From the human T2T-CHM13v2.0 reference genome, Homo sapiens: DNA of 64,000 nucleotides. Where the stretch lies: NCBI RefSeq assembly GCF_009914755.1, contig NC_060925.1. One strand, given 5' to 3'. The notes beneath the pieces are model-generated. The model did no database searches, was not told where the DNA came from, and worked only from the letters and a program-made list of their open reading frames with translations. This document shows, piece by piece, positions 14,601 to 30,100 of the stretch. Within the stretch, counting starts at the first letter, position 1. Each line of letters starts with the position of its first letter. The position numbers and the translations under genes were made by a program.

Positions 14601-15635
14601 TATTATAGTATAGCTTCAGATTTCAAGTCAGGGAATAGAATAAATAGGCCTTGAAAGTTTCTGGTTTCTTTTTAAAACAGTGTCTGAAATTTCCAACATG
14701 GTGGAAAAGAAATGTCTTTGCTTTGTCTTAAAAAGGAAGTAGTTTAGCAAAAACAGAAGCTGTTTTAATTATTGGTATTCTAGAGCTTCTCATAGAAAAG
14801 AGTGGGGTTTTTGTGTGTGTAAATACATTTTATTATGGATTCTGTATATGGCGTGCTAGATCTTTGAGATCAGAAGCATTTGATCTCAAACTCCTTGTTA
14901 AATGTGAGTTACTGTTGTGTGGTTTTAGAGGATTCAACTATTTGTTCTTTGTCTCTATAACATTGCTAGCTAACATAAAAACATGTTTTTTACTTACACT
15001 TTTCAATCACAAAGTCTAAAATAACTTGCTTTATGTTTGAGAAAAGATTGTTCAGTAGTCTGTAAGTAGACTTGTATATAGCCACAAACAGAGAACTTAT
15101 AACTCAAGAATAATACGAAGTCTTCAAAATTCTCAGAATGGTGGGCAGATCCATCTGAGTCATGATAATTTTTCAATGGTTCTTATTTGTTTGCTCTATT
15201 TGGTAGTCTTATTATTATGAAATGTGTTTTTCATATGCATTTGTTTAATCTCCCCTTTTCAGGTTGTATGCTTTCTCTGTGCAGGGATAAAGTCTATTCA
15301 TTCTGTTTTGTCTTTTACAAGATCTATTGCAATGCATTGCAGGCTCGGCAGAGTAAGTCCTAAATAAATGTTGACTACTCAGACCACTAACTGTTTATTT
15401 GTGTTGTTTACCCTTATTTTTTATGTCCTACTCTTCAAAAGATTACTAGAGGTGGGGTTTGCAGAAACAAAGGAGGACATTTTTCTCAATGAATGTTTAA
15501 AATTACTTCGGTGACTTGGATAGCAATGAAATTTTTAAGAATATATAGTCAGCTTTGGTGTGGGTGGACTTTTTGCTGTGGAATAGAATAATTCCTGAAA
15601 GACTTCTAAAGTTACTTTGAAAAAAGGCAGGAATT

Positions 15636-15822
15636 AGGGTGGGAGGTGGGAGAGGAGCAGAAAAAATAACTATTGAGTAACCAGGCTTACTATCTGGGTG
15701 ACCAAATAATCCATACAACAAACCCCCGTGACATGAGTTTACCTATAAAACAAACATGCACATGTACCCCTGAACTTAAAATAAAAGTTAAAAAAGAAGA
15801 AAGGTAGGATTTAATGATTGAT
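15636..15822 (+). mobile_element. 5'-truncated L1PA/PB 3' end
   Basis: caaacccccgtgacatgagtttacctata...catgtacccctgaacttaaaataaaag plus A tail. TSD-like aaagg(c/t)agga. Confidence 0.85.
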
Positions 15823-18800
15823 AGCTTAAAGTTCTCATCAAATTTTTTGTAATGAGGGAAGAAAATATTTCCCCAAAGCAGAACTGCATTCCCAGAAAGA
15901 ACATTTCTTCACATCATGAATATGTGAGGAAAAAATGTATTTTAAACAACTGATAGGTACAGACCCTAGGAACCTGCATTCTAGCCCCAATGTTGCCACT
16001 CAGTGACATCTGCTATGTGACTTTAGACAAATCACTTAGTCCCTCTCATCTTCAGTTTCCTTATATGTTAAGTGATAAAGTTAATGTAGATTTGCTTTTT
16101 TCCTTCTGGCTCCAGAAATCTATAGTTTTTATCTGTGTGTTTGTGTGTGTGTGTGCTTTCCTCTTAGAAAGCTGTAGTATTGCTTTAAACTCTTTGAAGT
16201 TACTAAGTGATTCAATCTAGTGGAGTCAGTGTATTTTAAGAGTTTTGAAAAACAGCCATAACAAAAACAACAAAATGTGAAGTTACAAGGTGGGGCTATA
16301 AATTAATGAGTTTGTTTTTTGAATAGCTGGCAGTTTTGTAATTTATTTAATAACACTTATACAGAACACAATACGATAATCTTTAATCTTTATAATTGAG
16401 ATAGGTGCAGTTATCATCATTTTACAGATGAAGAACCTGAGGCAGTCGTGTCCATTGTGAACTCCAATAAGAAAGATTAAAAAGAAGGAAGAAAAAGTCC
16501 GCTGTAGAAATGAAAAAACAAATTTATCCATTGTGACATCGTTTAGAAATAGCAGTCAGAATTTAACCAAGAAAGTCTGGCTCTATGTTCTTGATCATTT
16601 CCCTCTATTGCCTGTTTAAGATATCCAAATATCATATCTTTGAAGGTAGTCAACTTGGAGTTTAATTCCGTTGATCTCTCTTTTCAAAACATATTTTGAG
16701 TTGTTTCGGGATCATTTTCCAGAGACTAAGACAAAGCCCTGTGGAAAACCAAGCCACATGTTACTCAAAGTAATAGTGTAGGAGGAACAAGAGCCAGCAG
16801 GGAAACACAGAGGAAATTATTAGAAATATAGGAGAATTGGAAGAGTACAGATGAAGGAAAATAAATCAACTTGTTTATGTTATTTTAAAACCTAGAGGTC
16901 AAGGAAGAGTTCAGAAAACGAGGCTGTCAGTGGTATCAGATGTTATAGCGCTCCCTAAGAATGAGAAATGAAAGAAACTCATTTGTCTTGTGTAAACATT
17001 AAAATCATTGGTAACTTGAGATTACATTTATTGTAGAGTAATCAGAACAGAATCCAGAAAAGAGATAGAAGAGAATGGGAAAGAAAAACAATGGTTTGGT
17101 AAATCTGACACTGGAAGGAAATGGAGATAGCCTAGATATAGATAAGGAGAAGAGAACTAAGAGTGTGTATGTATGTGTTTGTGTTAAGGACAGGAGAGAT
17201 ATAGGGATAGGGTATAAGGTAAATAAGGACTATTGTAGTTAGTTTATATACATATAAGAATAGAGTTTATGTTTTATGCTTGACAGATGTTCTAAAGGAA
17301 AATAAACAAGTCATTGTTCCTCCTCTGTATTGTTTTCTGTTTAAAGTAAAAGCATGGAGAAAGTTGAACAGTTTTTGTTTATTTGCAGTAGGACTACAGA
17401 AAAGAAAAATAAAAGAGCGTATGGAATTAAAACCAGATTTTTGAAAAATCAAATCATATTTAAAGTACTGCTTGAGATATCAAAAGTCTTTTAAATCTTA
17501 AATACAGAGCTGGTTTTTAATAATGGTAAAGAGTTTTCAAAATGTTAAAGTTTATAGAACTATTTCTCATTTAATTATATGTAAATGGTTTTATAATTTT
17601 TTCTCACATTAAGTTAGAAAACTAGCAAAGTAACCTACATAAAATTTGGTATAACCTTTCTTATGATGTCACAAAACTTAATTATGGAGGAAGCAATTAT
17701 TATAATTAGGAAAAATTGATGACTTATGATCTGACTCAGGATCAAGGTCTGAAACACTCATGTCATTTCCTCCCCTCTCCTATATAGTATACAGTGATTT
17801 GTTCATTTTGGACTCTTAATATTTTAACTTTTGACACCATCAGCAAATCTAAACACTGACAGTTGGTGTTTTCCTGAAAAATGTTAAGGCTAATAATTGT
17901 GTGATATTTATTTCAACACATTGCTGCTAGTCTTCTATAAAGATCTCATTATGGGTAGGCTTTGAAGAGATATCCAGTTCATAATATGGGCATCACACTG
18001 GAAGCCTGCAAGATGGATGATTGGCTGAGAGTAGGAGTGTAGTTTCTAAATAATAATAAGTCTGTTTCCCCTGCTAGGAAGTACCCTGAGGGCAGGAACC
18101 CTCTATCTTAGTCATGACTTTGTTCCCAATACATGGTATATCAGGCATGTAGCAGGTATTCAATAAACATTGAATGAATAAATGAACAAATTAATTAGAT
18201 ACCAAATCCATCAGTTTGACACTATATTCTAAATTAGTTTATATAGTCACCGTAATGTGATAAAGAAATTGTGATAGTCTAGTTTACTGAGCATTGTTAT
18301 CAGGACCATCTGTGTCTCATGTTTAAGTCTAGAAATCAGTCTTTGAAAATGAGTGAATTCAAATGCATTTTTAAAAGTCTAAGTGCCATTTTGCATGAGG
18401 GAAATTATATACCTAGTAAGAATTTCTCTGGGTTTCAAAGTCAGAACACTGATCTTGGTAATACATGGACAGAAAGGATTATTTTTCAGTTAGGGTGTTA
18501 AACAGATTGTGCTATCATTTTAACCTCTGGAATGAATAAGCCCCAGATTTAATAAGCTCCTTATGTATAAGATGCCTGTTATAATGTGTCTGTAATGTCC
18601 TAGAAAGATGAGACTACCCCTGCATAGTGCTTATTTCTTGCATGGAATGAATTTAAGATAAGCTTGTCAAATTTTAAATCTGACATAGACTATCTTTTGA
18701 ATAATTTATTTGGAGTCATCTCTGTCTGATTATAATATGCCCTAAAATAAATCTTGAAAAATTAAAATATATCATACAGAATAAACAGTCTACATGTAAC

Positions 18801-19283
18801 AGTTAACAGTTACATGTAAAGTGTTATTCAGATTACATTTTACAACTATTTCTTTTCTGATTCCATTTTTTATTGAATAGAAGTTCAATAAATTTTATTC
18901 TGTTAAGAATGAGTCTGTCTTGGAGAGGGTCAGTGTCACATATTTACTTTGAAGTTCCTTAAAGAGGTTAGTTGAATTCTCCCCCCAAAATGTGCTTTGA
19001 ATTAGCAGCTTTTGAATATCTATTCTAGTAGAGGTAGGAGCAATATGAACTAGAGAGAATGATATGCAATAAAAATAATAATTTTTCTTTGACTTTGGAA
19101 TGAGGATAATCTAAACCACAGCCATGTAGGCAGACATTTTCTGATGTATGTAGGTATGTTTGCATGTCTGTCTATCTATCCATCTCCTTGTTTTCTATAT
19201 ATTTGACCCTAACCTTTCAGGCTCCTATTTTGCCATCAGGTCCAAAACCAAACTGAGCGATAAGAGAGTGGAGATCCTTAAAT

Positions 19284-20370
19284 CAGTGGTTCTCAAACTT
19301 TTTGGTTTCCACATTCCTTTATGTTTTCAAAGAAACATTAATGAGAAGAGTAGCATTTTGTTAACATTAAGAAAAACCTCTTTAATAACTGGCTTAATAG
19401 AAACCAGCTGGATTCTTATATCTGTTCTTTTTGGTCAAAATATATGAAGAAAATCCAGCCTCACACAGAGATGTAATTGGAAAGGAAGGACTATTTTAAA
19501 AGCCTTTCAGATAATTGTGGGTATTCTTTGATGCTACACCAAAATGCAACAAGAGGTAGTTTCTTAAAGGTTAGTTGCAACACGGAAGCCAAATCTGTGA
19601 ACTTTTAGTACTCTGAAATTAAAATCCATTGGTTGATCTTGCACTTTGAATGGATCTTTTACCTGTGCAAGGTTTTGTTACATCATACATTGGTCATTTG
19701 AAAATACTGGTTCACTGAGTTATGCAGATCTTCCAAATGTTGACACATTTTATTATGTATTAAAATGTCACATTCTTTAATACTATCACAAATCTTATCA
19801 GAAAAGTCTTTAAATATTGTGAGCAGTTCATGGTAGCAGATAGAAGTTTTCCAAAATTCTAGTTTTCACTTGAGGGTTCAAATTTTATCATTGTCAAAAA
19901 TATGTCAGTTTTCCTTGAAGTGGTAGATTCACTAATTTATTTTCAAGAACATATCTGTCAGATACCCAAGGCTAAACAACTATAATTTATCAGTCTTTCA
20001 AGTAAAAGTGGTGTTCCATGAAGAAAGTAGCTAGTGCAGCTCACAACTCAGTTACACAAGTGGTTTTCCTCTAGACAACAATTGTACTTTGATATGCAGC
20101 AGAAATGCTTTATGTGTATTTCCCATTTTGTCGTACAGAATATTAAAAAGACTTCTACTCAAGGGTCAAGATTTCATAAAATTAATAACTTTTATTGCTT
20201 CATCAAAGACTTCCTTCAATTACATTGACTGTGTGTGGTATGTGCATGTATATGAACATAGGGCAGTAATATGATGAACTATATAATACAGTTTGATGTT
20301 GCTGTCTTAATTCATGCTAGGGCACCATCATTGCTTTTGCATCATCAGTGTAAATATCAACACAGTTGTT
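19284..20370. mobile_element. hAT-Charlie (Charlie1-like) fossil
   Basis: cagtggttctcaaacttt terminus. Body is colinear with the second copy at about 45.7-46.9 kb. Confidence 0.75.
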
Positions 20371-22407
20371 TCAAGATAAATGATGAGATTTAAGAAAGTT
20401 ATTCAACACTGAATATTTCAGTACTGTTAGTGTTTGTTGCCAAGCATTCCTATAAAAGGTCTTTGTTGTTGATTACTTGGGGCTCATACTGAATAAATCT
20501 AAGCAAAACATAAAGTTTATAGATTCTTCCATTTGTAAAACAAAAGCACAATTCTGTAGTTGAGATATTAACTCAGCCTTCGTATTTGCAACTAAGTGTA
20601 ATTTGATGAATTAACATATGGTTGGAAAGTGTCATGATTTCTTATACTGACTTTTCAGCAGGCATTGAGCAAGGTCGATTATCCACAATTTTATTAGTCT
20701 CTCAGCTATTATATGCACTTTTTCAGTCATTGCATTATATTAATAACTTACAATGTAGGATACTTCCGTGGTCTTTTCATTTCCAGTATGATAAGCTGTA
20801 ATAGAATTTTTTTTTAGAGGATTCTTCACACCTGTGTTTAAAATATCCAGTTCCATTTTCTTTGAACTCTACATGATTGGTTTCAGAATGACATCACAAC
20901 TTAATTGGCACCATTATAGTATTTGAAAGATTTTGTTGCATAAGCGACAAGAAGATAGATTATTCATATGTCTGAAACAAGAGAAAGATGGCTTTCAATG
21001 TATGGTCATTTTTTATTAACAATTTTGACCAGTTTCTTTGCTAGATTCCACCTTTCCGTGAGTCATAAAATTCTCAAATATATCAGTTTTATCTTTTCTG
21101 TATCTTATATGTAGACAGTATAGTTGTGGGTTAAGGAGGCAAGTTTTCTAATCTCCTGTCTTTTAAGCCAGCAATTCATTCTTAAATATAAGAAAAGTAT
21201 GTAATAGATTTTTATATGAAATATTAAAATTTAAGAAGCTGTAGATAGATTTAGAAAACTTTTCCAAAAAGATTTAAAAATAATATTATAAAACAAAACA
21301 AAGTATACATTCTTCTTTGTTGTATTTAGATAGAAGTTTCAGTAGTGGAGTCCATATAACTAAGCTCCATAATAATGTGTTTCATAACTTTCTCCATTAT
21401 TCTACTACTAGATCATAGAAGGCTTGTTTCTCTTAAGGTTTAGTTTTTTCATGCACTCAGAAAATAGTTTTTCAGGAAGTATGTACTGAGTATTCTGAGG
21501 ATATGCAAGGAGCATGGGTTCCAGTGATAAATAATACATAGTCTCTGTGCTCAGGGAACTTATAGTTTAGTTGGTGCTAACCAGATAAATTAGCAAAATA
21601 ATTGACAGATATAGTAAGCATGATGAAAACACACAATGGACTCAGAGAATAACAAGGATGCTCTCCTGAGACAGCGACATTTAGCTGATATCTCAAACAT
21701 GGGGGGAATTCAAGGATTCCAGGCAGAGGAAAGAGCATATGAAGGCAGTTAAGTAAGGCAGGAAAGAGCTTTATTTGAGGCACTGAAAGAAAACCAATGT
21801 GACAGGAGACTAGTGAATGGGAAGGGGGATGAGTAATGAAAATGAGGTTTGGGAGATTGGAAGGGGCTAGTTCTACAAAGCCTTATGAGCTATAGTAAGT
21901 AGTTTGGGTTTTATTCTGAGGGCCAGCAAAGGGATTTAAGCAGCAGAATAACACGAATGATTTAGTTCGTAGAAGATGTTCACTGCTACATGGACAATGC
22001 ATTAGAGAGAGACCTATTAACAGTAGGAGCAGAGAGAGCAGAGATACCAATTAGAAGGCTTTTTCAGTAGCTCCGGCAAAATGATGATGGCAGCAAAGTG
22101 ATGAATGGATTCTAAATACATTTTGTGGATAGATTTAGTGAGAATTGGAGAGATATTAGATGTGTTCAGATTTCTGTCTTGAATTACTAGGTAGAAAGGA
22201 CTATCATTTTTTACTAAGATGAAAATATTTGGGGGGCACGGTAATATGTTTGGTATAAATGTGGAGAGTTATTTTTGGATACATTTAAATTTGAAATGTC
22301 TGTGAGACATTCAAGGGAATGTGTGCAATTGGCTCTGTGAATCTGGGACTCAAGAGAGGATAGATCTGAGCTAAGAAGAGTAATTAAGAATTGTCAGCTC
22401 ATACACA

Positions 22408-22945
<538 letters not shown>

Positions 22946-24619
22946 ACTAAATAGGAGCGGTCAGCAAATAGGGAGAAAACCAAGAGAAGAGACTTTTGAA
23001 TGGGGAAGGAGTGGTTTATTCTTGAATACTGTTGAGACGTTAGATAAGATGAAGGATTGGTTTTCACTGGATATGTCAACATGAAAGTCACTGATACACT
23101 TGACAAGAGCCTTTTAGTGATGACATGAAACATAAAAGTTAAAGATGGATTAAGTAGTAAGGAAGTGAGAACAGCATAACTATTTAAAAATGTTTGCCTA
23201 TAAAAGAAAATAGAGAAAAGGTAGGGTTTTGTCTTATTTTCAAACTCTAGATATCAATTATATATTTTAAAGGAATGAACCCATAGATAGGAAGAAAGCA
23301 ATGTTAAAAGAGAAGTCGAGTCCTTGAGAAGGGGCAAAAGGGTGGAATTCAGATAACAGGTGGAAGGATGGCCCTTTGCTAGTAAGGCAGGACATTATGG
23401 TAGAAGCAAGATGAGTTCATAGATAGGACCTTAGGTTCCAGGAAGATAAAGAGAAGACACTTCTAACAGTTTCTGTTTTCCCAGTGAAGGACATCTCAAC
23501 TGATGTCATCAGCTGAAAGTAAGGATATTAGAGGAGGTGTAGAAGATTTAAGCAGAGAGGCACAAGTATGAAGTAGTTGTCTTGGCCAGTGGGATAGTGA
23601 GCCTACTAGAGACATTTGGATTGTGAGGCCTTGGTGGGGTGTCAGTATGCCGTATGCTTTAAAGTCAAATCTCTGCAACAGAATGCCAGGTGTAGAGTTA
23701 CAGTTGATTAATAAGACACAGCCCCTGTACTCAAGGAGTTTGTAATCTAGAGAATGAAAGACATATAATTACAATATGGTGTGATGGTTGTGATGAACAA
23801 GGTAAATATAGGGTGTCATAAGAGCACACATTAACCAATCTTGGAGGGGCTGTCCTATGCAAGGAGGTCTTCATGGAGACCTAACAGCTAAGCTAAGACC
23901 TGCCTGTTCTGCAAGTACCTTACTTAAAGCTATTACATAATAGCTGCTGGGGATGAAAATATTCTAGAAGGTATGATAGTCACACTGTATTATTATATCT
24001 TTATGCAGTAGCTTTTATTTCTGCTGACATCATCAGGCATCTTTGAAATTTCTTTTTTTTTTAACACTTTGAAATGCTGTGAAGCAAAGTATCATCCCTC
24101 TCTTTCCTCACCCTCTTCTCTTCCTTAACACCTTTCTTCAGTTCTAGCTGTTGGCAGCTAGATGCAACTTAATAATGCCATTTTGTTTTCATTTGGCATG
24201 TCATTCATCATTTTCAAAATAAATAAACTTTAATTTTGTGCTGCCACAATCAGGAATATTTGAACATTTAGTGCTTATCTTGGGTATCTGCCCTTATTAC
24301 TTTCTGAGGAGCTGCCCTTTATAGCAATCAGGGAACTATACCACTTGGAAGACTAATTGTCTTTATACAAAAATAAAATCCTTGTGTTCAGATTTCTGTC
24401 TTGAGTGGCTGGTTTGAATCTAATTTTCTGTTATATGAAGCAAAGATTTATTATTTAACATAGTTTCAAAATTAAAATTGATAGTGAAATTTTATGTGCC
24501 ATGCAATGTCATGTGTGTTCTTTTAAGGTGAAGATTCATTTTTTAATAGCTTTATTGAGGTATAATTGACATATAATAAACTGCACATATTTAACACCAC
24601 ATTTTATGTGTGATATGTA

Positions 24620-24642
<23 letters not shown>
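24620..24642. repeat. (TG)n microsatellite
   Basis: tgtgtgtgtgtgtgtgtgtgtgt. Confidence 0.9.
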
Positions 24643-24651
<9 letters not shown>

Positions 24652-25434
24652 TATACTTATATAGGTGAAATCATCACCATAGTCAAAATAATCAGCATCC
24701 CCATCAGTCCCAAAAGTTTTGTTTCTCATGCCCCTTTGTAATTTTTCCCTGCCCTCTCACCAGTCAACTGATCTGTTACTACAAATTAGTTTATAGTTTT
24801 AAAAATTGTATATAAAGGGATCTTAATTATATATATTTTCCTTCCAGCAGAATTATTTTGAGATTAATCCATGGTGTTGCTTGTATCAGTAGTTCGTCTT
24901 TACTGCTAATATTCTGGTGTAGGGATATAGCACAATTTACTAATATATTCACCTTCTACTGTTAGCTACTACAAACAAAGCAACTGTGACTATTTGTGTA
25001 CAAGTCTTTGTAGGGACAAATGCACTCACTTCCCTTGTGTAAATACCTAGGAGTGGGATGGCTGGGTTATATAGTAGGCATATGTTTAGCTTTTTAAGAA
25101 ACTACCAAACTACTTTGGTACAAGTGGTTGTACCATTTTACATTCCCACCAGTGGGAATAAGAGTTGCAGTGCCTCCATATCCTTGGCAACACTTGATAC
25201 AGCCTATCTTTTTATTTTTAGCCATTCTAATAGAGGTATGTAGTGGTATCTCATTGTGGTTTTAATTTGCATTTCCCTAATAACTATATTAATTTTGACC
25301 AACTTTTTATGTGCTTATTTGCCATCCATAAATCTTCTTTGGTGAAGGGTCTGTTCAAATCTTTCCCGATTTTTTATTGAGTTATTTTCTAATGATTGAG
25401 ATTTCATTTTGAGGATTTTGTGTGTGTGTTGTTT

Positions 25435-25935
25435 TGTTTAGCAGCTTAGAACACACACATTTATTATCTCACAGTTACTATGGGTCAGGAGTCCAGGCAT
25501 AGATTTGCTGGGTCTTCTACTCCAGGGTTTCATCTGAAAGTAACAATCACAGTCTTGGCCAGGGCTGCAGTTGCATCTCAAGGTTTTACTGGGGAAGGTT
25601 CCACTCATAAGTTCACATGATTGTTGGTAGAATTCAGCTCCTCGTGGGATGCCGAACTAAGGGTCTCAGTTATTTGCTCAGTTGGAGATTCCCCTCAGTT
25701 CCTGCCACATGGGCCTCTTGATATGGCAGCTCACAACATGACAACTTGCTTCATGAAAGCCAGCATGGAAGTGTTTATGTTTACTGGTTTATTATGATTA
25801 ACAAAGGATACAGATGAATAGCCCGATGGAAGAGATGCATAGGGCAAGCTATGTGGAAGGGGTATGGAGCTTCCATACCCTCTCCAAGTAGGCTACCTTC
25901 CAGGCACCTCCTCATGTTCAGCAATCTGGAAGCTT
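25435..25935. mobile_element. LTR fragments (MLT1-like followed by MER21-like)
   Basis: acacatttattatctcacagtt...gggtcaggagtccaggca, then aaaggatacagatgaatagcc.gatggaagagatgcatagggcaag. Confidence 0.6.
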
Positions 25936-27019
25936 TGCGAGTTCTTTATGTATTCTATATACAAGTCCTTTATCAAATACATGACTTGTAAATATTTTCT
26001 CCCAGTTTTTTGCTTGTATTTAAATTTCCTTTTTAGTGTTTTTCAAAGGGCAGAAATTCTTAATTTTGATGAAGTCCAATATGTCAGCTTTTTATTTTAT
26101 GGACTGTGTTTTTATGGTTTTAAGAAATATTTGCCTAACTAAAGGTCACAAATATTTTCTCATATTTTTTTTCTTAAAGTCTTACAATTTTAGGTTTTAC
26201 ATTTAGGTGTATGATCCATTTTGAATTAATTTCTGTATATGTGCAAGGTGTATATCAAAGTTCATTTTGTGTGTGTGGATATCCAGTATTGTATGATATT
26301 CAATGCTGTGTTTTCACCTAATAGCTTTTAAAGGAAGAATTAAAGCAAAGCCAAGTTAAATAGGTTATACCAGACTGTTAGTTTTCTTTGTGTTATCCTT
26401 GACTTTGTTAGGTTGCACATTTTGCTGGAACTTCTTAAAACAGTATCCTATGATTGAACTTCTTCAACCTCAAATTTCCAGTCTTTATACTTAACCAATG
26501 AAATGTTATTTATATACTCTTTGGAAACATAACATATACTGTAGATAATTATAGCAAAAGTGTAATGGGTAGCAGAAGATATTGCCAAACCAAAATTCTG
26601 GAGACCAGATGAGACAAACACATAATATGTGCCTGTATGGGTCACAGTGCTAGGAAATACACTGAAAAGTGAACAAAGAACTAAAAATAAGCCTCTTATA
26701 AGAAAAGCTGCTACTTCTGGGCTAATCTATTAGTAGTTTGTTTTCCTTAATTTGAAAAAGAGCTTCAGAATCAGACTCTAGAGTGAATCTTTTAAAACTA
26801 TATATATTATGCATGTATACACATATACATACTCTATGCATTGGCTTAGATAATATAAAAACAGCACAGGAATAGTTTATGCTGTAGTATTGTGCAGTCT
26901 TATTCAGAAATAAGAAAAATAGTTTTTCCATTTAGCTGTGAGTCATTACTTTTTAGTTTCGTGGAGAAATTAAGTTTTAGTGGGGGTCGATACAGCTTTT
27001 TTTTTTTTGTAGAAAATCA

Positions 27020-27185
27020 GGTAGCATGGGCTTTGGAGTCAGACAAATCTCGGTTTTAATTTTCAGTGTCCTTATCTCTAATATAGTAATATTAATAGTT
27101 ACCTCTTCCTGGGTTGTTGAGAGGTTTAAATGAAATAATAAGTTAAGTACTGGCACAGTGCTTAACACATAATAGGTATTCAAGA
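27020..27185 (+). mobile_element. MIR fragment
   Basis: ggctttggagtcagac...ttgttgagaggtttaaatgaaataat...cacagtgcttaacacataataggtattcaa. Confidence 0.6.
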
Positions 27186-30100
27186 TATGTATACTTCTTT
27201 ATCATCAGGGGATTGACCTTGGAAGCATATGGGTACATAGAAAGAACCCATAAAAGGATATGACAAGGGGAGAGGAGTTTGTTTTCATTAGATTTAGCAA
27301 ATTCATTCTTTCCCCCAACTCCCCAGAAAAATTCATTTTAATGCTATTATTTTCCTTATCACCCATAAACAGACAGAAAATTGGCATGTTTCGAAAGAGT
27401 GTTAAAACTGCAAGAGTATTACATGGTATCATTACACTACCATCCATTATCTAACTGGGTTTATTTATGAAGGTTAGATTTAGATAATTTAGACTTACCC
27501 TTTTTCCATTTTGTGGGGAAAGAGAATCAGAAACTTGAAAGGAAGAGCTCTTCCAAACAGAAAGATAGCTAGAATCTCTCTCAATAGTCTATATAATCTC
27601 TTCTAATAATCTTTAGCAAAAGTGACTTTTGAGTTCTTTTAAATATTTCCTGTATTGATTCTAATTCAGTGCTCATTTCATGTGATGTCTATAGAACTAC
27701 AGACTTAGATTACAGTCAGAAAACTGAGTAACAGCAGACACCAGGTTTTCAGCTGTTTTTAGGGTTTATTCAGATTGACTACATCACATTCATTTGGATG
27801 GATTTAGTGACATCAATTGATAATTGTAAAGAAACTAGCCTTTAATCTGACATTTTCATATTGATATTAGATAGGAGCCACATGACTATGTCATGGGTTC
27901 ATTCACAAGATATAATAAACATTATTTTCACTTGTAGCATAAAAGCAGTCTTTAGTGTTATCTTAGAAGCATTAAAACACACACATATATAAAATCATAT
28001 AGATTAAAAAATTCTATCAGCATAGGTTCTGTAATTGTTAATAGATGTAATTGCATAAGGTCGCTATGCATTATTTCTCATTTTCAGATGAAGCCTGTCA
28101 CCTTGACATTTTTATATATAATAGGAATCCACAGGTTGTTAAAAACATAAGGAAATTAAGATAATTTGAATTCAGATTATAAAATAGTTCAGGTCTATTC
28201 TGATGAAGCAATGTCACTTAGGTCTGAGGCTTTTGGGTCAGCTTTTAAAAGTTTATCTTATTTTTCATTAAAATATGTATGTATAATACTCTATCATGCA
28301 AAGAGAAATGGTCAACAGAATTTCTGTGCATATATGGTTGCTGGTTATTTGAAAGCCATTCTCCTCCTAGGATTATTTGACCAATTTTGTATTCAGCTTA
28401 GATTAGGGAGAATATAGTGTCTCCTTAGGTAAAATACTTACTAGAACCAAAAAGTCCAGATTAAATTGTTTTTATTTTTATTTTACTGCAGTTTTGTGCA
28501 GTTGACCTGATTTTAAAATATAAAACTAGGAAGGCATATTTTTCATCTACCAAAATGTGAATCTTACTTTCATTTTGAAACAAACACCTCTGCTTTAAGA
28601 AGATGAACGGTAGTGATAAATACAAAAACGTTAAAATTTTTTAAATGAATAGCGTTTGTTGATCTTTAAAGAAAACATAAATGTGAAATAACTTTAGAGC
28701 TTAAAAGTTTTCTTCCTCAAACCTTTTAGGAATTGATTTTATTATCCAAAACAACTTTATTCATACTAAGTGTGACTATCTGAATAATTACCTTACTTTT
28801 ATAGTTTTTTTTTTAAAAAAGCTCTTCTAACTGTAATTATCCTCAAAGAATTGGATTAAGAAATTCAATAATTTTCTGTCATTAGTCCAGCGAGATATTT
28901 ACTGAATAGCCATTACGTTCCTGGCTGTTAACACTACAAGGACTCCAGCAATGAGCAAAGCAAACAAGCCCTTGCTTTTCCAGAGCCCACATTCTAGAGT
29001 CAGATGCTAAACAAATACACAGATACATATATAATAAAATATTGGTTTAAGTGTTGAAAAGCAAAATCAGAGTAAGAAGGCAGGTAGTCATTTTAAATTA
29101 ACATTGAGAAATGTTTCCATTTTAAGCATATAAATTCTTTGGCTTCTCTTTTTAAATTTGCTTTTGACTGTTTGTTGCTGGCGAAAATTATTTAAAGTAA
29201 TTAGGAACTCATCGTAAATATTTTGTACACTACTCTAAAAATCTAATTCCAACTAGTGAATTTAGCATTTATAAATGGAGGTGTCTATAGAGGAATAAAA
29301 TCTTTGGTTAACCACTACTTTACTTTTAGCAGTAAAGTCTGCAGCTCATGAAATTTGTAATTCTGGAGTGGTTTCAGTTTGCACCATCCCCTGGGGAGCC
29401 TGTTGATACAGCACTGAGCTACAGATTATTATTCAGCTGTAGAAGTTTTATGCTTAGGCATTTTCTTACATCTTCTTCTCTCAGTCAGTTGAAATCTTGT
29501 ATTTTTGCCAAATAAAACAAATCCTATATTAATAAGAAGCTATAAATAAACAGTAGGAGCATGAGTCAGAGCCAGCATCACCCCATTCCTTGTGTGTACC
29601 TCTCTAGTACTCCCCAGTATGTTCCTTTTGCACAAACATGTAGTACTGCGTAACTACTGTTCTACAGATGAACTCCAGTTATTTAAGTGAGGCCTGTTTT
29701 TTAGAACTAAGTAATACTGTAACTAGTAGAATTCTGGCATGTTACCACAGTCAAAAGCAGAATGTGAAGCTGTATGCTATTGATGGGAGGAAAAAAGAAA
29801 TATATTTCCTACCTTTCCTGTATAAAGCCCAGAAGATTCCTGTTAGATTTCCAAAATGGGTTTTTATATAATATAATATAATTCAACATTTTTTTCAGAG
29901 GAAAAAAGAAAAAGATAAGTTGCTTGAAAGTCCCATCTCTTTTGCTAGTCGGCTTCTGTCTGATAAAATTTTATTCTGTTTTGCTTCATTGTTTATTCAT
30001 TCAGTAGATGTTCATTGAACACTTACTGTTACCAGGCACTGTGCTACCATAGACGGTATAAAGACAAATAAGCTAAAATCCTTGTTCTCAAGGAATTTAT

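Larger units (their letters stand above)
24540..26290 (-). mobile_element. L1M 3' region (antisense) with nested LTR fragments
   Basis: ttttaatagctttattgaggtataattgacata start, ttacattcccaccag and ctcattgtggttttaatttgcatttccc L1 hallmarks. Resumes after about 25935. Confidence 0.8.
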
